NCBI GenBank assembly: GCA_009784375.1 | Contig: WRBV01000001.1 | Span: 177,256-241,255, forward strand | Length of the DNA: 64,000 nucleotides | Origin: Bacillota bacterium | Lineage (GTDB): Bacteria; Bacillota; Clostridia; Christensenellales; UBA1242 | Direction of reading: 5' to 3' | Part shown: one piece after another, positions 18,158 through 26,612 of the stretch | Position numbering within the stretch: position 1 is the stretch's first letter | Layout of the letters: the number at the start of each line of letters is the position of its first letter | Notes under the pieces: model-generated | What the model saw: the letters and a program-made list of their open reading frames with translations, nothing else | Told to the model about the DNA's origin: nothing | The model's database searches: none | Position numbers and translations under genes: made by a program

Positions 18158-18654
18158 TCCCAGCATTCATTCTCGGAATTTTTATTTATGCTCTGTTTAA
18201 AAAAGTAAATACGTATCAATCTTTCGTAAAAGGTGCAAAAGCAGCGATAAAGTTAACGATAGATATATTGCCGTTCATTGCTACTATATTAATTGCAATT
18301 CAATTATTTTCGGCAAGCGGTCTTTTGGATGTGCTTGCGTGGGTAACCCGACCTGTATTTGATTTATTTGGAATACCGCACGAGTTGACGCCGTTTATTA
18401 TATTAAAGCCATTCTCGGGTGGTGGGTCGATTGCATTGTTCGAGCAAATCGTAATAGACTATGGTCCCGATTCCTATATAACACGTGTTGCAAGTGTCAT
18501 TGCGGGTTCAAGTGAAACGGTCTTTTATATAAGTGCGATATACTTTTCCAAGACAAAGATAAAGAATCTGAGTTACGCGATACCTGTTGCTTTGTTGTGT
18601 ATATTCCTGGCTGCCGTGCTTGGGGCGCTAATGGTGCGATGGATGATGCTGTAG
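18139..18654 (+). CDS. spmB: Spore maturation protein B
   Basis: KPFSGGGS...YGPDS...GSSETVFYISAIYF. Confidence 0.92.
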   Translation: MFTVFIIPAFILGIFIYALFKKVNTYQSFVKGAKAAIKLTIDILPFIATILIAIQLFSASGLLDVLAWVTRPVFDLFGIPHELTPFIILKPFSGGGSIALFEQIVIDYGPDSYITRVASVIAGSSETVFYISAIYFSKTKIKNLSYAIPVALLCIFLAAVLGALMVRWMML

Positions 18655-18811
18655 ATGAAAGTTCTTGCTGTTCAATAATCATAATGACGCATACATGTTA
18701 CATATTGCATAAAAAAGTTGACAAAAACCTAACCAAGTTTTATGATGTAGGCATATAAGCAATATAATTTACAATATTGCATATAAATAAGAACAAAAGG
18801 AGAAAAATAAA

Positions 18812-19348
18812 ATGTCAAATCCAAATTTCAACATGAAGAGACGTAATCTTGTTGTCATGTTCTTGCTGATGTTTTTCTTCCCATTTCCATACCTTATCTG
18901 GTGGTCATGTAGTGTTCAAAACCAATTCAGACAAAAAACAGGTATGGGCTTTGGCGGAGTTGGTCACTTTTTCATGATGATCATTACGTTCGGAATTTAC
19001 CAAATCTATTGGCACTTCGCAGTCGGCAAAAGAATCACAGCGGCTGGCGGACCAAAGAGAAGCTCAAGATACGGTTGGTTGTACCTTCTTGGACTTGCAC
19101 TTACATGGGGTCTTATGATTGGTGGTATGGCTATGATTATTTCACCATTCATGGATGTAATTGATACTCTCATGAATGCAGATCCGATACCAGAAGCAGA
19201 AGAAATTGTCGAAATGTTTATGGATGTATTCAGAGATGCAATGGGCGGAGTAGTGATGATTTTCATTGGTTCAACAATATCAAGTGTATTTATGTATCTT
19301 GTACCGATGCTTATCCAGAACGACGTCAACAGAGTTCCTCAAGTATAA
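18812..19348 (+). CDS. DUF4234-like membrane protein
   Basis: IITFGIYQIYW...LIQNDVN. AAGGAG RBS, TTGACA-17-TATGAT promoter, terminator at 19364-19400. Confidence 0.6.
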   Translation: MSNPNFNMKRRNLVVMFLLMFFFPFPYLIWWSCSVQNQFRQKTGMGFGGVGHFFMMIITFGIYQIYWHFAVGKRITAAGGPKRSSRYGWLYLLGLALTWGLMIGGMAMIISPFMDVIDTLMNADPIPEAEEIVEMFMDVFRDAMGGVVMIFIGSTISSVFMYLVPMLIQNDVNRVPQV

Positions 19349-19521
19349 ATCTATGGTTAAAACAAAAAAACCTCGCAATCCACATGCGAGGTTTTTTGTT
19401 ATGACCTAAGAAAAATCGTTTGCGATTTTTCATAAATACATTACATTAATGTCCAAAAAATGCATTAAACGACGCGAAGCGACGCACCGTCAGGTGCATT
19501 TTTTATGTTGTGTGTAGATGA

Positions 19522-20193
19522 CTATCTCTCTTGGACACGATTCTGATGATTATCAAATGCAACAGCACGCGCGGCATGGGCATTGTCAGGTTGGACGTGT
19601 GCATTCATTCTATCGCTGCGTAACACACGCAAAGTCCTTGTGAAATCAGAATTTGCTAACTGTTCGCAAGTTTCGGGTGTTAAACAATCTCGGTCAAAGC
19701 AATCTTGGTTAACTTGTGTTAAAAGTGCGGATTGATTTCTTTCGACCCTACGTCGTTCTGCTCGGTTTCCCGACAAAGGAACTCTTGCAAGATTTGGGGC
19801 TGTTCCCAATTCTTGTGAAAGACTTTCCAATGCAAGTACACTCGCCATATGAGCGCGACTGTTTCGGTGATTTACCACGGCACTATGTGCACCTGATTGT
19901 GCATCACGCACACGGTTTTCTTGTAACAATTCGAATACTCGGTTGAATTCACCAAGTACCTGTTCGACATGTTCTTCACCAACTTGTTCTACAAGTGCCG
20001 CACGTGCCGTTTCCGCATGGCGTAGGTTTTGTTGGTGTGGCGTTTCGGCATTTAAGCCGATAAAAGCTAGCGCACCTATTAATAGTGGTAATATAACATG
20101 CCCACGTCCTACCACATTCCAAGGGTCTGGAACATGCCACATGCTCCTTTGTTCTTCTTCGACTTGTTCGTCGTTTTGATTATTTTGATTCAT
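19522..20193 (-). CDS. Hypothetical single-TM protein (no lysines) downstream of a putative attenuator
   Basis: AAGGAG RBS; TM segment VILPLLIGALAFIGL. Confidence 0.65.
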   Translation of the reverse strand: MNQNNQNDEQVEEEQRSMWHVPDPWNVVGRGHVILPLLIGALAFIGLNAETPHQQNLRHAETARAALVEQVGEEHVEQVLGEFNRVFELLQENRVRDAQSGAHSAVVNHRNSRAHMASVLALESLSQELGTAPNLARVPLSGNRAERRRVERNQSALLTQVNQDCFDRDCLTPETCEQLANSDFTRTLRVLRSDRMNAHVQPDNAHAARAVAFDNHQNRVQER

Positions 20194-20252
20194 TTTATGA
20201 ATTCTCCTTTTTAATTTTATATAGACATAAATAATTCCAAGTTTATGGACTG

Positions 20253-20457
20253 CAAAGAAAAACTCCGCGGGACCTTTGTTTAAATGCTTAAGGTCGCGGA
20301 GTTTTATATATTTTGGTTTTATGATTTATTTGCTATAAGAAATCTGACATCCAAAAATACACTCGGCGACCGATGTGTACTTTTTAATAATTACTAGTCC
20401 ATTTCTTAAATTATCCATGTCTAGCAATATTATATGAAGTAAAATTGAATTTGTCAA
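20253..20457 (-). promoter_or_regulatory. Promoter, leader peptide (20326-20418) and antiterminator/terminator
   Basis: TTGACA-17-TATAAT. 30-aa uORF. GGTCGC.GAGT is complementary to terminator arm ACTC.GCGACC. Hairpin with a U-tract. Confidence 0.6.
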
Positions 20458-20514
20458 CAATAAATTAAAATAAAGAATTGACTAATTGATTTGAGTTGGG
20501 GTATAATGAAAGAT

Positions 20515-22089
20515 ATGTCACGCAAGATTATAACAATAATAGCAATCGTGGTAATTGTATTCGGAGGAGGGCTTGCAGCCATCCTTATTAATAATGCTGC
20601 ACGTGCTTTTACACCTGTTGCACACTCAATTACTTCCGAGCAACGTTTTTCGGTTACTGGTAATGGTGGTAATGCGGTTTCAATAGGAAACTATCTTTTC
20701 TTTATCGGAAATTATGTTCCATCACACACAATAAGATACCGCCAAAACGAACACAATAATGTTTCATACGGTGCAATTTATCGTGTGACTCTTGGTCCCG
20801 ATGGTTTCCCAACATATGACAACACTTGGCTTACAAATGAAACAGACTTGGGAAGTCCCGAACTCAATGCCGAATACCACGAAGGTAGATGGAATACCCG
20901 TGTTGCTAACAAACGCCTTATCGTTCCAAAGATTGCTGGACACGAGCGTAGTGCCATGTGGATTTTCGGAAACCATATCATTTACACAAGTCCACACAAC
21001 CGAATGAACAGACAAGGCAACATGCAAACAGACAGACTTGACTTTTTCCGTGTGAACCTTAATGGAAGTGATCACAGACTTCTTTACACAAGTTCAAGTA
21101 CCACTCTTACGCGTGATGACTCAACTGTTGCATGGGTAAATGGTCGCAGTTATCTGCTTGTCAATGATAACAACAGACTTGTTCGTGTCAATGTATCAAA
21201 TAGTCCTGGTGACACAACAACAATTGCCCGTGATGTTACAAGCTTTGCGTTTCCAACGGTAACAAATTACTTTCAAACCAATCCAGATAATCCACAACTT
21301 AAGGGTTTTGGCGGGGCAATGAATTTTGTCTATTGGACAGAAAACAGAACAGCAAATGATAACCGCGTTACACGTGGAAATATAATGAGAAGGTTTGATA
21401 TCTCGAATGGTACAAGAACCACAATCGGTGAAGATGTCGGAGTCAATTACCGAGTAGTATCAATAAGTGGCGGAAACTTTATCTTTACAAGACAAGATTT
21501 AGACCTTGATCCTAACCCATCTTTATTTATCGCTGACCGTGTATTTACTGCGGGCGAGCATATAAGTTTTCTTGCAACTGATTTACTTCAATCAAGTGAA
21601 GTTGTGTTTGCCTCAACAGAAACAAGTGGTGCATTATTCCGATTTATAACATTATATAACGGAGGAATTCACCTTTACACACGTCCAAATGCATATTCAC
21701 AATTTACTGTACGCAACACACCGCTTGTTGAAAATAATGTAGAAGAAATCTTGCTTGTAACCGCGAACAACATATATTATCGCAGAGGTTCTGAAGTTCG
21801 CGTAATTGACTTTCATGGGAATGTTGCCGACGAAGACAGAAGTTTTGGTACGGCATCTGAACGTATTGACGAAATCAACATTTCATTTTTCCAATCGCGT
21901 CCATATCGTGGAAGTAACGATTTCCAAGCTCGTGAATTCTTCTTCTTTATGACAACGCTGACTGAAAACTTTGATGACGACGCAGGTGAAGATGAAACAA
22001 GAACACGTGAAACAATATCTGTCCCAGCAATAGTCGACAGAAGCGGTAATACATGGATTCTTGCTGTAATTGATGAAAGATTTCTTTAA
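20515..22089 (+). CDS. Membrane-anchored surface protein (beta-propeller-like)
   Basis: N-terminal TM; repeats of the IYRVTL/FFRVNLNGSD type. ATG 20515 lies 7 nt after TATAAT. Confidence 0.7.
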   Translation: MSRKIITIIAIVVIVFGGGLAAILINNAARAFTPVAHSITSEQRFSVTGNGGNAVSIGNYLFFIGNYVPSHTIRYRQNEHNNVSYGAIYRVTLGPDGFPTYDNTWLTNETDLGSPELNAEYHEGRWNTRVANKRLIVPKIAGHERSAMWIFGNHIIYTSPHNRMNRQGNMQTDRLDFFRVNLNGSDHRLLYTSSSTTLTRDDSTVAWVNGRSYLLVNDNNRLVRVNVSNSPGDTTTIARDVTSFAFPTVTNYFQTNPDNPQLKGFGGAMNFVYWTENRTANDNRVTRGNIMRRFDISNGTRTTIGEDVGVNYRVVSISGGNFIFTRQDLDLDPNPSLFIADRVFTAGEHISFLATDLLQSSEVVFASTETSGALFRFITLYNGGIHLYTRPNAYSQFTVRNTPLVENNVEEILLVTANNIYYRRGSEVRVIDFHGNVADEDRSFGTASERIDEINISFFQSRPYRGSNDFQAREFFFFMTTLTENFDDDAGEDETRTRETISVPAIVDRSGNTWILAVIDERFL

Positions 22090-22178
22090 TTAAAAATAAA
22101 CAAGCCCGAGTGCTTGTTTTTCTTTGCCTATATAACGAATGCATGCTATGATTGATTAGTTTAATATTGGGGGAAACA

Positions 22179-22682
22179 ATGGACGTAAAATTAATACGTA
22201 AACTTGCCGAGCTTATGAATGCCGAAGGTCTTAAAAATATAGAGATTACCGACGGACAACTTGGTATAAAAATAGAGCGTGATACAAACATGCACGTAAT
22301 TGACGAAACAAAAGTAAGTGTTGTTCAAAACAATTCACCATCTTTGCCCGAGCGAATTCTTTTATCAAGACCATCAAAACCAGCATCATCAAGGGTAGAG
22401 GCAAAAACAGAACCTGTTCCAAAAAATGTGCCACAGATTTTCGAAATACGCTCACCAGTTGTTGGTAAATTTATGGCATCATACGATAACAATCCAATCT
22501 ATGTGACTATTGGTTCAAGGGTTGAAAAGGGTGACGTTCTTTGTGTTATCGAGGCGGGGCGTCATTTTAACGAAATAACAAGTGATGTAGATGGCGAGAT
22601 TATTGATATACTTGTGCGTGATGGCGACAAAATCAAGTTTGACCAAATTCTGTTCAAGGTCGGACAAAACATGAAAAAATAA
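22179..22682 (+). CDS. BCCP (AccB)-like protein lacking the biotinylated lysine
   Basis: AccB-type N-terminus and biotinyl domain IRSPVVGKF...GDVLCVIEA, but AMKM is replaced by AGRH. Confidence 0.8.
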   Translation: MDVKLIRKLAELMNAEGLKNIEITDGQLGIKIERDTNMHVIDETKVSVVQNNSPSLPERILLSRPSKPASSRVEAKTEPVPKNVPQIFEIRSPVVGKFMASYDNNPIYVTIGSRVEKGDVLCVIEAGRHFNEITSDVDGEIIDILVRDGDKIKFDQILFKVGQNMKK

Positions 22683-22730
22683 TTCCAAGTATTGACAGTA
22701 ATATATTTATACAATATAATAGAAACATAA

Positions 22731-22870
22731 CCATTAAGAGTGCGCGAGGGAATAGCCCCAATGACCGCACAGCAACCACTTTGATAAAAAGAAAGGTGCT
22801 AAAGGCTAAGACGATGGGACAATAAATAAACACATGTTTATTCAAGCCCGTCATTGTATGGGCTTTTCTT
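22731..22870 (+). ncRNA. SAM-I/IV-type riboswitch with terminator
   Basis: CCATTAAGAG...GAGGGA...CAGCAACC...AAGGTGCTAA...GCT.AGAC.GATGG upstream of metK. Promoter TTGACA-17-TATAAT at 22692-22720. Terminator AAGCCCGT...ATGGGCTTTTCTT. Confidence 0.8.
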
Positions 22871-22892
22871 ATATATATAGAAGGAGAATTAC

Positions 22893-24053
22893 ATGAGAAA
22901 AATGGAAGGAATCGAATGTTTGCGTCGCAAACAGGTCATTACCAGCGAATCGGTCAATATAGGTCATCCAGACAAAACCTGTGATGTAATAGCAGACAGC
23001 TTTTTGGACGAGGCACTTCGTCAAGACCCGAATGCCCAAATGGCTGTTGAATGTGCTATCAAGGATGATTTACTTATGATATATGGCGAGGCAACGACCA
23101 CAGCCAAAATTGATTATCAAAAAATCGCACGCGGTGTTTTAAAAGATATCGGATATACAAATGAATTCCAAGTTGTCGAAAAAATATCTAAACAAAGTCC
23201 CGAGATTAATAAAGCGGTTGTCAAGAAGGACGAGTTAACTGCTAATGATCAAGGAATTGTATATGGTTATGCAACGAATGAAACGCCTGAATATATGCCA
23301 CTTCCTATTATTATGGCACACAAATTGATGAAGAGATACGAAGAGTTTAGACATGGACACATTGGTTCTAATGAAAGCCTGATACCGGGTCCAGCGTCAC
23401 GCTGGTTTTACGCCGATGCAAAGAGTCAGGTCTCTATAGAATACGATGGAAATAACCCGATTGCTGTTCACACAATTTTGGTTTCTGTGTCACATTCGCC
23501 ATCAATTTCATGTTCTTCTATATATAACCTTGTCCAGAAGAATGTTGTTGACACAGTACTTCCAGAATATCCACAACTTGATACCAAGAATACAAAAATT
23601 ATAATCAACCCAAGCGGTGCATTTACAATATGGGGCAGCTTTAGCGATAGTGGATGTGTAGGAAGAAAAATAGTGGTAGACACATATGGCGGAGTAGGAA
23701 GAGTAGGAGGTGGATGTTTTTCATCCAAAAATGCAACAAAGGTTGACCGAAGTGGGGCGTACTATGCACGCTATGTTGCAAAGAACATCGTCGCGAACAA
23801 AATGGCAGACAAATGCGAAGTAAGTGTAAGTTATGCAATAGGTCTGTCCGACCCATTAAAATTAAATATCGAAACTTTTGGCACACACAAGGTCCCAGCC
23901 GAGAAAATTTATCAATATGTTGAACAAAACTTTGATTTCTCGCCATCTAATATAATACGTGAACTTGATTTGTTGAAACCTATATATAAACAAACTGCAT
24001 GTTTTGGGCATTTTGGAAGGGAAGGATTTCCGTGGGAGTTTATAAAAAAGTAA
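22893..24053 (+). CDS. metK: S-adenosylmethionine synthetase
   Basis: TSESVNIGHPDK, DQGIVYGYA, GRKIVVDTYGG, KVDRSGAY and FGHFGR. Confidence 0.97.
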   Translation: MRKMEGIECLRRKQVITSESVNIGHPDKTCDVIADSFLDEALRQDPNAQMAVECAIKDDLLMIYGEATTTAKIDYQKIARGVLKDIGYTNEFQVVEKISKQSPEINKAVVKKDELTANDQGIVYGYATNETPEYMPLPIIMAHKLMKRYEEFRHGHIGSNESLIPGPASRWFYADAKSQVSIEYDGNNPIAVHTILVSVSHSPSISCSSIYNLVQKNVVDTVLPEYPQLDTKNTKIIINPSGAFTIWGSFSDSGCVGRKIVVDTYGGVGRVGGGCFSSKNATKVDRSGAYYARYVAKNIVANKMADKCEVSVSYAIGLSDPLKLNIETFGTHKVPAEKIYQYVEQNFDFSPSNIIRELDLLKPIYKQTACFGHFGREGFPWEFIKK

Positions 24054-24131
24054 TGAAAGGATTTATTTGCCAACCTTCAATAATTCACCTATACTTGAAG
24101 TAAACTATGTAGACTGGGGGACAGTTGACAA

Positions 24132-26126
24132 ATGATTTCAATGAGTACTATAAAAGAAAAATGGCCAACGTTTGTGTTTATTGGTGTTGGTGCCATGGTC
24201 ATGCTTGTTCTTATTGTTCTTATGGGTGTAAATGCTTTTGAGGGCAATCCGTTGCTTAGTCTTGATGGAATGGGCAGCCAATATTTTTGGGTGCTTATTT
24301 TAATTGCACCGCTTGGTGCCGTTGCTTTACTTGTTACTGGTTTCTTCTTTGCCGATGAAAAGAGTAAGACCGTTGAACAATTTTATTCCAACCGTTGGAT
24401 GACCAAGATGGAATTAAACAAGAAGCACATATATACCTTGCTGACAAATCTAAAGAACGTAAAAAAAACAGGTGCGCTTGTAAGGTTCGAGGCACAAGGT
24501 CGTGATGTTCATATCAACATGGTTGAAAAGGATTACCATACAATTGTTTTGGGGACAACAGGATCGGGTAAAACGCAAGGATATGTATTGCCATATGTAT
24601 ATACACTTGGTCACAGCGGTGAAAAACCAAACATGGTTATAACCGACCCAAAGGGTGAAATTTATGCCCAGATGGCAGAAACATTGCGAAGAAATGGATA
24701 TGATGTCCAAGTCTTTAATCTAAGCGAACCAACCAAATCAAGTCGTTGGAATCCATTCGAGCGAGCATGGGATTTATTCACACGTGCGCATCATCTTGAC
24801 CGCGAATTAAAAAAACATTCGGGAGTTGACCCAAAGAATCTTAACCTGAGAATTATTGCAAGCACGTATCCAAATGAATGGTTTGAATTTAACGGAGTAG
24901 CATTTCCATCATTTGAAATGGCGGATATGGAAAGAAAAACATTAAAGCAAAGATTATTGTCCGAAGCCGAGGCTGATATCAAGGACATCTGTGCGGTTAT
25001 ATGTCCAATTGAAAACGAGCGTGATCCATCATGGGAGCAAGGTGCGCGTGACATGATCCAGGGTACTGCACTTGCGATGTTGGAGGACAGTTTACGTCCA
25101 GAGCTTGGGATGACTCGTGAAAAATTCAATTTCTATAACGTGTTCAAAATTCTTACATTGCGCGATTCGGACCCTAACAATTCATTTGGAACAATTCGTA
25201 ATTATTTCGAAGGGCGTTCAAGGTTATCTCCTGCGGCTATGCTTGCACAGACCGTTGTTGCTAACTCGGAAAATACAATGCGAAACTTCTTTGGTGTGGT
25301 TACAAATAAACTTTCTATGTTTGCCGACAAGGGAATATGTTACATTACAAGCGGCACCGAGATTTCATTTAATAACTTCATCGAACGTCCTACTGCATTT
25401 TTCCTTGTTATTCCTGACCAAATTAAAATTCGTCACCCGCTTGCTATATTGTGTGTGTCACAACTTTATAAAACACTTGTTGACCTTGCAAATAATCTTG
25501 GTGGTTCGTTAAAGTGGCCAACATACTTTATTCTTGATGAATTTGGTAACATGCCAAAGCTGAATGACTTTGAAACAATAGTTACTGTTGCTCGTTCGCG
25601 TAAAGTCTTCCTTACACTTGTTCTGCAGGATTATAAACAACTTGAATCGGTCTATGGACAAGAAAAAGCGGTTACAATCCGAAATAACTGTAACACCCAA
25701 ATTTTCATCGGTGTTAACGATATGGATACCCGAAAAATGTTTAGTGATCTTATGGGTGAAATGACTGTCGAAGCCAAGAGTACAGGTGTTTCAAAAACAA
25801 CGGGTAAAGCATCCGAAAATGATAAAGATGGTGGTTCAAAGTCTACAAACTATAACACCGTTTCTCGTCCGCTTCTTCCGCCTAACGAACTTCTTGATTT
25901 AAAGCCTGGTCAAATTTACGTTTACTGTTTTGGATATAACCCATTAAAAAGTAACGTCACAATGTTCTATCAATGCGTAAAGAATGGACTTGTACGATTG
26001 TACCCAGCACCAGACGAATGGCAAGCATCAAAATATTTCGACGAGGAAGCTGTATTCTATGACATCCGCCGTCGTAATGATATCGTACTAAAGGGTGCGC
26101 GTAAGAACGATGTATTCGATTGGTAA
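24132..26126 (+). CDS. VirD4/TraG-like type IV coupling ATPase (orphan)
   Basis: Two N-terminal TMs, GTTGSGKT, TDPKGE, WNPF, ILDEFGN, ARSR and LQDYKQL. Confidence 0.9.
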   Translation: MISMSTIKEKWPTFVFIGVGAMVMLVLIVLMGVNAFEGNPLLSLDGMGSQYFWVLILIAPLGAVALLVTGFFFADEKSKTVEQFYSNRWMTKMELNKKHIYTLLTNLKNVKKTGALVRFEAQGRDVHINMVEKDYHTIVLGTTGSGKTQGYVLPYVYTLGHSGEKPNMVITDPKGEIYAQMAETLRRNGYDVQVFNLSEPTKSSRWNPFERAWDLFTRAHHLDRELKKHSGVDPKNLNLRIIASTYPNEWFEFNGVAFPSFEMADMERKTLKQRLLSEAEADIKDICAVICPIENERDPSWEQGARDMIQGTALAMLEDSLRPELGMTREKFNFYNVFKILTLRDSDPNNSFGTIRNYFEGRSRLSPAAMLAQTVVANSENTMRNFFGVVTNKLSMFADKGICYITSGTEISFNNFIERPTAFFLVIPDQIKIRHPLAILCVSQLYKTLVDLANNLGGSLKWPTYFILDEFGNMPKLNDFETIVTVARSRKVFLTLVLQDYKQLESVYGQEKAVTIRNNCNTQIFIGVNDMDTRKMFSDLMGEMTVEAKSTGVSKTTGKASENDKDGGSKSTNYNTVSRPLLPPNELLDLKPGQIYVYCFGYNPLKSNVTMFYQCVKNGLVRLYPAPDEWQASKYFDEEAVFYDIRRRNDIVLKGARKNDVFDW

Positions 26127-26200
26127 CTTGCCCGGCAAGTTAAACGTAAAAGAGGGTTGCCACCCTCTTTTAGAACTCCCAATCAATTTTACTTATAAAT

Positions 26201-26468
26201 GCTTTTGTTACTTTTGGGCGCCAAAAGTAACGCAAAAGCGTTGGGGGAGGGTTGGCGATTCCCTCCCCCAAGCCCCCTCCTAAACGCGGGGTATAATATA
26301 TGCTTCGCTCTAACCTAAGAATTTTTGTTGCACCAAATGTCAATTTGCAAGGTGCGGGAAATCCGTTCGAGGATTTCCGCGGTTTTGCAAATTGCGGGGT
26401 TTTCAAAAAGGGGCAGAGCCCCTTTTGTAGTTTTTTGTTTCTTTTTTGCTATCAAAAAAGAAAGTAAA
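26201..26468. repeat. Structured intergenic element bounded by two palindromes (MITE/REP-like)
   Basis: GCTTTTGTTACTTTTGG-GCG-CCAAAAGTAACGCAAAAGC at the left end and TTTCTTTTTTG-CTAT-CAAAAAAGAAA at the right end, with GC-rich internal hairpins. Confidence 0.55.
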
Positions 26469-26612
26469 GGTTTTAACTTACTTTGAAATAATAAAGAAGG
26501 TTTGAAAATTTTTTGTAACACTTTTTGGTTTAAAAAGTGTTGGAAAATAAATCATTCGGATATATAATTAATCCATAATAGTACAAACTAACGTTGGGGG
26601 AAAAGTGTACAG

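Noticed and set aside
24132-26126. Complete ICE or conjugative element around the VirD4-like gene
   Set aside because: No relaxase, VirB4, VirB6, integrase or flanking direct repeats; the neighbours are housekeeping genes.
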